Under the pieces are notes generated by a model, which searched no databases, was not told the DNA's origin, and worked only from the letters and a program-made list of their open reading frames with translations. This document shows, piece after piece, positions 17,318 through 26,118 of a DNA stretch of 64,000 nt. The position numbers and the translations under genes were made by a program. Source of the stretch: Planctomycetia bacterium (GTDB lineage Bacteria; Planctomycetota; Planctomycetia; Pirellulales; UBA1268); assembly GCA_046343855.1 (NCBI GenBank), contig JBKDMX010000114.1, positions 3,803-67,802 on the forward strand, written 5' to 3'. Every line of letters starts with the position of its first letter. Positions within the stretch are counted from its first letter, which is position 1.

Positions 17318-17489
17318 GTAGACCGCTCGCTCCGCAAGCGGATCCCTGCTGGCTCACGGACCGATTCCCAGGCACCGGCTCACGGGCGATTTCATAGGCA
17401 CCGGCTCACGGGCGGCAGAAGTTGCCTCGCGGTGTCCCTCGCGGACTCGGGCCAAATGCTCGGCGAACTTCCGCCGACCCGTTCGCCTA
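17318..17489. repeat. Modular intergenic repeat: hairpin A (17318-17344), 26-nt-period direct repeats (17349-17414), unit B (~17397-17489)
   Basis: GTAGACCGCTCGCTCCGCAAGCGGATC is present. GGCACCGGCTCACGGGCG occurs twice (17371-17388, 17397-17414) plus a degenerate copy. Unit B differs from the 11.3-kb copy by about one base, judged by eye. Confidence 0.85.
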
Positions 17490-17558
17490 CCCGCGATCGA
17501 AGAGAAGCCCCCTCTCGTCATTGGCAGACGTGGCGCTCCGCGGCCCGCGGGTTACACT

Positions 17559-18713
17559 GTGGTTTGGTTCGCTGACTCCGGCCACGACTTCCGGGAACTA
17601 TCGCGCATGACACGTCTGGTTTCGCTCGGGGTGATCCTGGGGCTGATCGCGGTCTTCGGGCTCCTTTCGCTGCGGGTCATGTCGGGCTTCCTGTTGCCGC
17701 TCCTCTTGGCGGCGATGCTCGTCGTGATCTTCGGCCCGCTCCATCGCTGGCTCCGCGACCGCCTGCAGGCGCCGGCGTGGGTTTCGGCCGCGGCCACCAC
17801 GCTCTTCGTGCTCCTCATCGTGCTCGTGCCGCTCTTCCTGCTCGTGGCCCGCGCCGGCGGCGACGCGGTGGCGATGCTCCGCGCACCCGACGGCCTGCGG
17901 CTCGACCCTGCCGTGCTCGACGGCCTCGTCGAAACGGTCAACAACGCCACGGGCCTGCACCTCACCGCCGAGGCCGTCAATGCGGAGGTCCGCGGCCTCG
18001 CCGAAGACTGGATCGGCCCGATCGCCGCCCGTACGCCAGTCGTCATCGTGAAGCTCATCATCGGGCTGATCGTGATGACGGTGGCGCTCTTCTACTTCCT
18101 CGCCGACGGCGGCCGGATCCTTGCGGCGGCGATGCGGCTGATCCCGCTCAACGTCCGCTACCAATGGCAGCTGCTCGAGGAATTCGAGGAGGTGAGCCGG
18201 GCGGTGGTGTCGTCCACGCTGCTCGCGGCGATCGTGCAGGCGGTGCTCGCCGGATTCGGCTTCTACGTCGCCGGCCTGAAAGGCGTCTTCCTGCTGACCT
18301 TGCTGACGTTCTTTGGCGCCCTCGTGCCCTTCGTGGGCGCCGCTGCCGTCTGGGGCACCGCGAGCCTCTACCTGCTCTTCTTCGTCAAAGACACCTGGTC
18401 GGCCGCGGGGCTCGCGGTCTGGGGGCTCTGTGTGGTCTCGACCGTCGACAACATCATCAAGCCGATCGTCCTCCACGGGCAGTCGAAGCTCCATCCGCTC
18501 CTGGCGCTCTTGAGCGTCCTGGGCGGCGTCGGGGCGCTCGGGCCGATCGGCATCTTCGTGGGTCCGATCGCCGTCGCCTTTCTCCAGGCGGCCCTCACGA
18601 TGCTGCAGACCGAGCTCGACAGCCTCGCGGAGGGCTCCGCGTTCGCGGGCCTGGAAACGCCCGGAAACCCGCCGCGGCCGCCGGAGTTGCACAAACCGGT
18701 GTCGAGAGGGTGA
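17559..18713 (+). CDS. AI-2E family transporter (PerM/UPF0118)
   Basis: 384 aa with roughly 8 TM segments. The conserved C-terminal region reads FFGALVPFVGAAAVW...DNIIKPIVLHGQSKLHPLLALLSVLGG. An alternative start is MTRLVSL at 17607. Confidence 0.8.
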   Translation: MVWFADSGHDFRELSRMTRLVSLGVILGLIAVFGLLSLRVMSGFLLPLLLAAMLVVIFGPLHRWLRDRLQAPAWVSAAATTLFVLLIVLVPLFLLVARAGGDAVAMLRAPDGLRLDPAVLDGLVETVNNATGLHLTAEAVNAEVRGLAEDWIGPIAARTPVVIVKLIIGLIVMTVALFYFLADGGRILAAAMRLIPLNVRYQWQLLEEFEEVSRAVVSSTLLAAIVQAVLAGFGFYVAGLKGVFLLTLLTFFGALVPFVGAAAVWGTASLYLLFFVKDTWSAAGLAVWGLCVVSTVDNIIKPIVLHGQSKLHPLLALLSVLGGVGALGPIGIFVGPIAVAFLQAALTMLQTELDSLAEGSAFAGLETPGNPPRPPELHKPVSRG

Positions 18714-18752
18714 AATCCTCCTGCACGTAGCCCCTTTCTGGAGAGGTTTCCC

Positions 18753-19214
18753 ATGGTGTTGGAGATGGTGTTCATGCTGGCCGCCCTGCTCGCGACGGGC
18801 ATCGAGGCGGCCTACGTGCCGACGGAGGGCGGCGGCGGCGACTACCTCGTGCGCGTCGAGCCTGATCTCGTGAAGAACGCCTCGCCCTACACTTTTACCA
18901 GCGATGTGCCCGCCGACGCCCGCGATGTCCGCCGCGTGAAGATCTACGTCGCCGATTCATGGCCGCCGGCCGTGGAGCGGTCGGTGATCGAAGCGGCCCG
19001 TCGGCCGCGGGCCGCCCCGGTGGCACTGGCTCCGTCGCAGTCGCTGCTCGTGGGCGTCGATTCGAAGGCCGCCCACGACAAGCCCTGGGGCTGGCTGATC
19101 GGCAGCCTCGTGGCCCTCTTCCTCTCGCTCGGCCTCAACGCCTACCTGAGCATGCTGCTCGCCCAGATGCGCCAGCGGTACCTGCGCCTGCTCCACGAGA
19201 CGACTGAAGAGTAG
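18753..19214 (+). CDS. Hypothetical membrane protein
   Basis: 153-aa ORF with good GC3. It has an N-terminal hydrophobic segment and a C-terminal TM (WLIGSLVALFLSLGLNAYLSMLL). I recognised no family. Confidence 0.5.
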   Translation: MVLEMVFMLAALLATGIEAAYVPTEGGGGDYLVRVEPDLVKNASPYTFTSDVPADARDVRRVKIYVADSWPPAVERSVIEAARRPRAAPVALAPSQSLLVGVDSKAAHDKPWGWLIGSLVALFLSLGLNAYLSMLLAQMRQRYLRLLHETTEE

Positions 19215-19242
19215 CTCTGCCTTCAGTCAACTGGCCCAAGCC

Positions 19243-19628
19243 GGCTTCGGGTGACCCGTACCCCATCGCCGGACGCTCGCTGCGGACATCCTGTCCTTCG
19301 CTCGCTCGGATGCCGCCTGCGCTTCGCCATCCTGGCTGCGCCGACCAATCCGCTAAAGCGGATCGGTGCCCGGGCATACGCCGGCTCCCGGGGCACGGGT
19401 CACCCGAAGCCTCCGTTTACGTACGACAGGCGTCTCCGCCTGTCGGGACAGGGACGGAGGCCTATCCTACAAGAATGCGGGTAGGCCCGGGGCTGCCTGT
19501 ACCCCGCTCGCCGGCGTTGCTGACAAGCGCAGGCAGGATGCCGGGAGCGCAGTCAGCATCGAGCGAGCGGAGGGCATGGATGCCCGAAGCGAGCGTCCGG
19601 AGAGCCGGGGTACAGGCAGCCCCGGGCC
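19243..19628. repeat. Second composite palindromic element: foldback unit (+) 19243-19411, hairpins 19421-19445 and 19446-19470, foldback unit (-) 19484-19628
   Basis: It has the same architecture and core as 3971-4355. A perfect 22-bp stem joins GGCCCGGGGCTGCCTGTACCCC (19484-19505) and GGGGTACAGGCAGCCCCGGGCC (19607-19628). Unit (+) carries an extra mini-hairpin, ATCCGCTAAAGCGGAT (19346-19361). Confidence 0.8.
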
Positions 19629-19654
19629 GGTTTAAGCGCGTTGACAGCAGAGCC

Positions 19655-20887
19655 TCACGCCACGCGGGCGATCACGCACTTGAGATACTCGCCGTCGAGG
19701 CAGCTGGCGCTCACCGGGTGATCCGGGGCCGCGCCGCGGCATTCGAGCAGCTGGATCGTGCGGCCGCTCCGCTGGGCGACGCCCGCGAGCATCATCAGGA
19801 AGTCGTCGCGCGAGACGGCGCCCGAGCAGCTGTTGGTGACGAGAATCCCGCCCGGCTCCAGCATGTCGACCGCCAGCCGGTTGATCCGGTGGTAGGCCCG
19901 CATCGCCTCCTCGAGCGAGGCGCGGCTGCGGGCGAATTTGGGCGGGTCGAGCACCACCATGCCGAAGCGTTCGCCCGCCGACTTGAGCGCGTCGAGCCGC
20001 TCGAAGGCGTCGGCCGTCTCGACGACGAGATTCGCCGCGCCGTTCAGATCGGCATTGGCCTTCGCGAGGGCCGTGGCCTTGGCGCTCGAGTCGACGGCCA
20101 GCACCCGCGCCGCGCCGCCATGGACGGCGCAGGCGAGGGCGAAGCCGCCGGAATAGCAGAACATGTCGAGCACGCGGCGGCCGCGGGCATGGCGGGCCGC
20201 CGCCTGGCGGTTGTCACGCTGATCGAGATAGAAGCCGGTCTTCTGCCCCTCGGCGAGGTCGATTCCGAATTTCAGCCCGTGCTCGGTGATGAAGACCGGC
20301 CCGGTGGGCGCGGCGCCGCGGACCAGGCGGTCGGGCAGGTGGAGCCCCTCGAGCTGCGAGAGGCCGCGCTCGGCGCCGCGGAGCAGGATGCCCCGGGGCG
20401 CGACGGCCGCCTCGAGGGCGTCGCAGACTTCCTCGAGCCGGTTGGCGATGGCCAGTGCCGTCACTTGCACCGAGAGCCAGTCGCCATACCGATCGACGAT
20501 CAGCCCGGAGAGATCGTCTCCTTCGCTGTTGACGATGCGGGCGGCGCCAGTGCGATCGTCGAGGCCGAGCGTCTTCCGCAGGGCCACGGCAGCCTCGATC
20601 CGCGCGCGGAAGAGGGCGGCGTCGAGCCGGGTGGCGGGGTCGAAGGCATAGAGCCGCACCCGCAGCTTGCTCGCGGAATTCCACAGGCCGCGGGCCACGA
20701 ACGTGCCGTCATGCGTCGCCATATCGACGACGTCGCCATCGCGCGGCGAGCCCTCGACGCGGAGCACGGCCGAGTCGAGCACCCAGGGGTGGCGGCCGAA
20801 GAACGGACGCGCCCTCCGCGGCTTGAGCATCACGGTCGCGGTCGGCAATCCATCGCCAGTTTCGAGTTCCGGCGATCCCTCAGGCAT
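19655..20887 (-). CDS. Class I SAM-dependent rRNA (cytosine-C5) methyltransferase, RlmI-like (PUA plus MTase)
   Basis: 410 aa. N-terminal PUA-like segment LKPRRARPFFGRHPWV. SAM-binding VLDMFCYSGGFAL. Motif IV VVLDPPKFARS. Confidence 0.85.
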   Translation of the reverse strand: MPEGSPELETGDGLPTATVMLKPRRARPFFGRHPWVLDSAVLRVEGSPRDGDVVDMATHDGTFVARGLWNSASKLRVRLYAFDPATRLDAALFRARIEAAVALRKTLGLDDRTGAARIVNSEGDDLSGLIVDRYGDWLSVQVTALAIANRLEEVCDALEAAVAPRGILLRGAERGLSQLEGLHLPDRLVRGAAPTGPVFITEHGLKFGIDLAEGQKTGFYLDQRDNRQAAARHARGRRVLDMFCYSGGFALACAVHGGAARVLAVDSSAKATALAKANADLNGAANLVVETADAFERLDALKSAGERFGMVVLDPPKFARSRASLEEAMRAYHRINRLAVDMLEPGGILVTNSCSGAVSRDDFLMMLAGVAQRSGRTIQLLECRGAAPDHPVSASCLDGEYLKCVIARVA

Positions 20888-23474
20888 GCACGACCTGCTT
20901 GGCCGCGCCAGGCATCACGTGGGGCGCGGGGAGCGCGTCGCTGCCGGGATCGGCCTTCACCTTGCGGCGGCCTTCGCGCTTGGCCTTGGCCCGCTCGATG
21001 CGGAGCACACTCCAGCCGAAGACGGCCCCGAGCGGGCCGGCCAGGAGCGCCGGCAGGAGCACGAGGTTGCCCACCAGCGCGACGGTGAGCATCGCGAGCA
21101 TCATGTGGCCGAATCGCTGCGTCGGCCCGAAGGGGGAGAGCGAGAAGACCGAAAGCCCGATGCCGATCACGCCCCAGCTCTGATACATCGCCCGGGCGCA
21201 GCCCTTGTAGGCGAGCATCACGGCCTGCTTGCGGTCGAGGCCGTCGGCGATGCCGCGGCGGAACCAGAGCATGAAGTGGACGACGTCGTCCACGGTCACG
21301 CCGAGCGCCACGCTCGGGGCCATCACCGTGCCGATGTCGATGAGCAGGTTGCCCGTGCCCATCGATTTCAACAGCGCATTGCCCCAGCCCATGCCGCCGA
21401 AGACCATCACGGCCGGAAACGCGGCCGGCAGCAGGAGCACGAGACCCGCCGAGGCGGCGCGGCAGAGGGCGATCATCACCGCCACGATGATGGCAAAGTC
21501 GCTGATGAAGCCGACGATCAGTCCGTCCAAGAGCGAGTGCTGCGCCTTGTAGACCAGCGGCACGAGACCGGTGTACTCGACGCGGACGCCCGTCACGCCA
21601 TCGCCGCGGAGGCGTTCGAGGATCGGGTCGATCTTCGTCCGCAAGTCGCGTTGGAAGAGGGCATAATCGACCTCCTTCGTGGCGCTGACACGGGCGCTGA
21701 TCCGCCAGAGTTCCTCGTCGCGGCCTTCCGGAGACTTCGCGTCGCGGAGGTAGTCGCCCTCGAGGAATTCGTCGCGATGGGCGGTGAGCCGGCGATTGAG
21801 CACGCTCCGCTTCGTGCGGGCACCGAGGCCGAAGGCCCGCGCCGCCGCGCCGCCGAGGCCGTCGCCACCGTTGCCGGTGTCGAGGCTGCGGCCGAAGGTC
21901 ACGGTGGAGAGCGAACTGCCCACCTCGTCGAGCCCGCCGATCTCCCGCTGGATGTCGCCGACGAGTTCCATCCGCTCGAGGAAGTTGAGCGAGCACTCGT
22001 CCTGGTCGATGCGGACGAGAATCTCCATCGGGACGAGCGGGCCGAGCTTCGTTTCGAGCCAGCGGTAGTCCTCGCGGATCCGGGCCTTCGGGGAGAAGAG
22101 CCGCATCAACTGCACGCTGCTCTCGACTCGCGTCATGCCGTAGCCGACGGCCGCCATCACGAGCAGGCAGGCCGTGGCCACGAGGCCGTTGTGCCGCGTG
22201 ATCCACTGCCCGACGTGCCACCAACGGCTCTGTTCGATCGGCTTCCAATGGCTCGTGTCGTCATCCTCGCCGAGCTTGCCGAGACGCAGCTTCGGCGGGA
22301 AGAGCTCGAGGGCGGCCGGCATGAATGTGACGAGGATGACGAAGCTCACCACGACGCCCACCGCGGAGAAGATGCCGAACATCTTGATCGGCACCAGTTC
22401 GCTCACGGCGAGCGTCGCGAGGCCCACGGCGGTCGTGCCGGTGGCGAGCGAGAGCGGCAGGAGCGCGTGGTGCACGGCGCGGCCCGCCGCGCCCTCCTGC
22501 ACGCCGGTCTCCGCGAGCTGATCGCGGTAGTAGTTGGCGAGATGGATCGCGCCGCTCGTCGTCGCGACATAGACGAGCGACGGCATCGTCAGCAGGATCG
22601 CATCGACGGGGTAGCCCGAGTACCAGACGACGGCCAGGCTCGCGAACATGCTGTAGACGCCTGACGCGAGCACCATGCCCACGAGCGCCTTGCTCTTGAG
22701 GCTCCACCAGCTCACGAAAAACCCGACCACGAGCGACAGGCCGAAGAGGATCGTGACGCTCGTCTGGCCGGCCCGGTCGATCGAGACGTTGTCGACCGGC
22801 GGCCCGCCCATATGGAGCGACTTCTCGGGGATGCCGCATTCCTGCTCCGCCACGTTCTTGATCGTGTCGATCGTGCCGTGGAGGTTGGCGCGGGCCGTGT
22901 CGGCGAGCGTGAGGACGAGGCAGGTCTGCCGTTGGTCGAGGTTGTCGCCCGCGGAACCGGATGCCACTCCGGCCGGCGGCGGGCCGATGAGGGCTCCAGT
23001 GAGCCTGGAAATCGCCTCCTCCCGGTCGAGGTTGAGCGGTTCCGCCGTCATCCGCTCGACGGCCCTCGGGCCCGTCTGGGCGGTCTTGAAGTAGATCGGC
23101 CGGTCGATCCGGGAGGCCTCCTCCGGCGGCGGCAGGAGCTTCTGGGCCAGGAGTTCGAGTCGCGGGTCGGCCATCGTGCAGCCTTCCCAGGAGATGAGGA
23201 TGAACTCCTCACCCTGGAAATTCTGCCGGAAAAACCGATAGACCTGCGTTTCCGGGTATTCGAGGGGGAGCCAGCCCTTCACGTCATTGCGGTTGTTTCC
23301 CTTCGCCTTGATCGCCCCGACGACCACCATCGGCAACAGGAAGACCAGGATCGCCATGATCCCGACGCTGTACCGCTGGTAGATGTTTGGCTTGTGGGGC
23401 GACATCAGGGACGTAAACGCCGGGGACAACAGGCTTTGACCGCCATTCACCGCGGAAATCCACGAGGCGAACAT
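20880..23474 (-). CDS. MMPL/RND-superfamily transporter (HpnN-like, two sterol-sensing-type TM bundles)
   Basis: 864 aa. There are two blocks of about 5-6 TM helices, each preceded by a large soluble loop. The start is uncertain (MSPHKPN is an alternative). It overlaps the rlmI-like start by 8 nt. Confidence 0.75.
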   Translation of the reverse strand: MFASWISAVNGGQSLLSPAFTSLMSPHKPNIYQRYSVGIMAILVFLLPMVVVGAIKAKGNNRNDVKGWLPLEYPETQVYRFFRQNFQGEEFILISWEGCTMADPRLELLAQKLLPPPEEASRIDRPIYFKTAQTGPRAVERMTAEPLNLDREEAISRLTGALIGPPPAGVASGSAGDNLDQRQTCLVLTLADTARANLHGTIDTIKNVAEQECGIPEKSLHMGGPPVDNVSIDRAGQTSVTILFGLSLVVGFFVSWWSLKSKALVGMVLASGVYSMFASLAVVWYSGYPVDAILLTMPSLVYVATTSGAIHLANYYRDQLAETGVQEGAAGRAVHHALLPLSLATGTTAVGLATLAVSELVPIKMFGIFSAVGVVVSFVILVTFMPAALELFPPKLRLGKLGEDDDTSHWKPIEQSRWWHVGQWITRHNGLVATACLLVMAAVGYGMTRVESSVQLMRLFSPKARIREDYRWLETKLGPLVPMEILVRIDQDECSLNFLERMELVGDIQREIGGLDEVGSSLSTVTFGRSLDTGNGGDGLGGAAARAFGLGARTKRSVLNRRLTAHRDEFLEGDYLRDAKSPEGRDEELWRISARVSATKEVDYALFQRDLRTKIDPILERLRGDGVTGVRVEYTGLVPLVYKAQHSLLDGLIVGFISDFAIIVAVMIALCRAASAGLVLLLPAAFPAVMVFGGMGWGNALLKSMGTGNLLIDIGTVMAPSVALGVTVDDVVHFMLWFRRGIADGLDRKQAVMLAYKGCARAMYQSWGVIGIGLSVFSLSPFGPTQRFGHMMLAMLTVALVGNLVLLPALLAGPLGAVFGWSVLRIERAKAKREGRRKVKADPGSDALPAPHVMPGAAKQVVHA

Positions 23475-23626
23475 TCAACCGTACAGGGGATTTCGAAGCC
23501 AGTCCATATCGCTCCGGCCGCCCGGAGGGCAATTTTCCACCTCGCGCCATGCCCTAAGTGTTTTGCAGGGAAGACTTTCCGCTCGCGGAGCAGCCTGCGC
23601 AGCCGCTACAGACAAACCCCCCCCGG

Positions 23627-23905
23627 CTATTGTCCAGGGGCCGTTTCTCCGGCCACAAATCCGCAGGTTTTGTGGCTGCCATCACAGAATGGCCGGGTCT
23701 TCGTCCCATTGCAGCGGCAAAACGCCACGGCCTTCTTGCCGCTGGGGATCTGGAACTCGTTGCCCAGGTGATCCGTGACCCGCAGGTAGACGCCTAGGGC
23801 CTCGGCGTCGGGTGGCAATTCCAGGACGAGCGGCCCATCGAGCCGGCAGCGGACCGTGACCGATCCGGGTGGAAACGTTCGCACGGGCTGCGGCTGGTCG
23901 CTCAT
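23627..23905 (-). CDS. CDGSH iron-sulfur domain-containing protein
   Basis: 92 aa with a single CDGSH 2Fe-2S motif, CRCNGTKTRPFCDGSH. Confidence 0.85.
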   Translation of the reverse strand: MSDQPQPVRTFPPGSVTVRCRLDGPLVLELPPDAEALGVYLRVTDHLGNEFQIPSGKKAVAFCRCNGTKTRPFCDGSHKTCGFVAGETAPGQ

Positions 23906-24165
23906 GGCCGGCTCGCCGGGACGGGCGGGGGCGAATGGACGGGAGGCTGCCAGCGGCTGGCGAACAGGGCGGCAACGAGCCCCACGGCCAAGGCCGCCGC
24001 CAACGCGATCAGCTGCCAGGCCTGCGGGGATTGGTCGGCCGCGTGATTCGGATCGGCAGACTCGATGTCCTCGCGGGCCTCGGCCCGTTCGTGGGCGATC
24101 CGCTCATGCTCGATCCGCTTGAACTCGGTCTCCACCTCAGCGTCTTCGGGATCAGTGTTTGCCAT
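23902..24165 (-). CDS. Small tail-anchored membrane protein (hypothetical)
   Basis: Internal ATG (MANTDPED, 24165) of ORF 23902..24261. It has an acidic helical N-terminus and one C-terminal TM (WQLIALAAALAVGLVAALF). It overlaps the CDGSH gene start by 4 nt. Confidence 0.45.
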   Translation of the reverse strand: MANTDPEDAEVETEFKRIEHERIAHERAEAREDIESADPNHAADQSPQAWQLIALAAALAVGLVAALFASRWQPPVHSPPPVPASRP

Positions 24166-25258
24166 GCGGCGGCCCTGGCATAAGGGAAGGCGGAAGGGTT
24201 CGAGAAGGCGGAATCGAGCCGAGTCTATCAGAAAGCAGCCACCACCAGAGGGCCGCCGCAAGCGCGAGAAGCACGATCGACACCAGCTGCGAGATCGAAA
24301 GCGGTGTGCCCAGGGCCGGGGGCTCGTCGATCCGGATCGCCTCGAGCAAAAGCCGCGAGATCGGGTGGAGCGTCAGCACCAGCGCGAAGACGGCGCCGGT
24401 GCGGCGGGCCAGCGGCGTGAACGCGACGGCGAGCGCGGCGAGGATCGCCGCATCGATTGCGGCATAGAGCTGCGCCGGGTGCACCGGCAGGCTCCACGGC
24501 CTGACGCCGTCGGCATCGGGCGGCGGCAGGAGCCCGCGCGCCGCCTGGTCGATCCAGGGCGGGCTGTCGGGGGGAAACCGCACGGCCCACGGCAGGTCGC
24601 ACGGTCCGCCATAGCAGCAGCCATTCAGGAAGCAGCCCACCCGGCCGATCGCGAGGCCGAGCAAAAGCCCCGGCGCGATGCAATCGGCCAGCGCGAGGAT
24701 CGGCAGGTCGCGGCGCCGCGCAAACCGCCAGGCGGCCAGCGCCGCCGTCGGCAACGAGCCAAACACCACGAGCCCGCCGCCCGCGACGTTGAGCACCTCG
24801 CGCAGCGATGCCAGGAGGCTGCGGCCGGGTGGAAAAAATTGATCGTGGTATTCGATCACGTAGAAGAGCCGCGCCCCGACGAGCCCCCAGAGAAAAATCT
24901 CCATGCCGAGCGCGAGGATCGTGTCGGCATCGAAACCGAGCGCGCGGCCGCGAACGACCGAGAGCCAGGTGCCCGCCGCCGCGGCCAGAAGCAGCATGCA
25001 TCCGTAGCCGCGGATCGGCACGCCCTGCCCGTCGTCGAGCAGCGGAAAGAGCCAGGCGATCACCCCGCCGGTGATCACGAACGGCAGGCCGAGCGAGAAG
25101 ACAAGATCGACGAGCCGACCGCGCCAAGCGGCCCGACCGGCAGCGACCAGGCCAGCCAGGGCCCAGATCGCCAAGAGCAGTCCCCAGCCGAAGAGCGGCA
25201 GCGATGCGCCGCCCAGGTCGATCTGCGTTGGAATATGGAAGAGCGTTGTGAGCATCAC
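24152..25258 (-). CDS. lgt: Prolipoprotein diacylglyceryl transferase
   Basis: 368 aa. It has GRVGCFLNGCCYG, HPAQLY and polytopic TM topology. Confidence 0.9.
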   Translation of the reverse strand: MMLTTLFHIPTQIDLGGASLPLFGWGLLLAIWALAGLVAAGRAAWRGRLVDLVFSLGLPFVITGGVIAWLFPLLDDGQGVPIRGYGCMLLLAAAAGTWLSVVRGRALGFDADTILALGMEIFLWGLVGARLFYVIEYHDQFFPPGRSLLASLREVLNVAGGGLVVFGSLPTAALAAWRFARRRDLPILALADCIAPGLLLGLAIGRVGCFLNGCCYGGPCDLPWAVRFPPDSPPWIDQAARGLLPPPDADGVRPWSLPVHPAQLYAAIDAAILAALAVAFTPLARRTGAVFALVLTLHPISRLLLEAIRIDEPPALGTPLSISQLVSIVLLALAAALWWWLLSDRLGSIPPSRTLPPSLMPGPPHGKH

Positions 25259-26118
25259 GCAGGTGCCGGGCGGCGTGGCAGGAATGCATTGTCGATGAGC
25301 CGCGTCGTGCCGAGCCGGCCGGCCACGAGCACGACGGCGGGCCCGGCTTCCGAATCGTGCGCGGCGAGATCGTCGAGCGAGTCGGGATCGACGACGGCAA
25401 CGTAGTCGCAGTCGATGCCGCGGGCGGCGAGCGCATCGCGCACCGCCGCCTCGATCGCGCGCGGGCTTGCCCCCGAGTGCCAGAGCTTCGCCGCCCGCTC
25501 CAGCCCCGCGGAGAGCGCGACGGCGCGGCGGCGTTCCTCCGGCGAAAGATAGGCGTTGCGTGAGCTCATCGCGAGACCGTCGGGCTCGCGGACGGTCGGG
25601 CAGACGACGATTTCGATCGGCAGCGCGAGGTCATCGACCATCCGCCGCACCACCACGGTCTGCTGCCAGTCTTTCGCGCCGAAGTAGGCCACGTCGGCGG
25701 GCACGGCGTGGAAGAGACGATACACCACGGTGGCCACGCCGTCGAAGTGGCCCGGCCGCATCGCTCCTTCAAACACAAGCGCGGGCCCACCCACGACGAT
25801 CCGGGTCGCGTTGCCGGGCGGATAGATCTCCTCGACGGCCGGCGCGAACACCCACGTCGCCCCCTGCCGCTCGAGCAATGCGCAATCGGCGTCGAACGAC
25901 CGCGGATAGCGGCTGAAGTCTTCGTGCGGCGCAAACTGCGTCGGGTTGACGAAGATCGACACGGCGACGTCGTCGCACGACCGCGCGGCCTCGGCGGCGA
26001 GGCTCGCGTGACCGGCATGGAGCGCGCCCATCGTGGGCACGAAGCCCACGCGGCGGCCCGCGGCCCGGGCGGCCTGCACCACTGCTCGCATGCGGGCTGG
26101 CTCGCGGACGATCTGCAT
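25255..26118 (-). CDS. panC: Pantoate--beta-alanine ligase
   Basis: The last 287 aa of ORF 25255..26808, starting at MQIVRE (ATG 26118 by codon count). Motifs: FVPTMGALHAGH, VSIFVNPTQF, GLAMSSRN. Confidence 0.9.
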   Translation of the reverse strand: MQIVREPARMRAVVQAARAAGRRVGFVPTMGALHAGHASLAAEAARSCDDVAVSIFVNPTQFAPHEDFSRYPRSFDADCALLERQGATWVFAPAVEEIYPPGNATRIVVGGPALVFEGAMRPGHFDGVATVVYRLFHAVPADVAYFGAKDWQQTVVVRRMVDDLALPIEIVVCPTVREPDGLAMSSRNAYLSPEERRRAVALSAGLERAAKLWHSGASPRAIEAAVRDALAARGIDCDYVAVVDPDSLDDLAAHDSEAGPAVVLVAGRLGTTRLIDNAFLPRRPAPA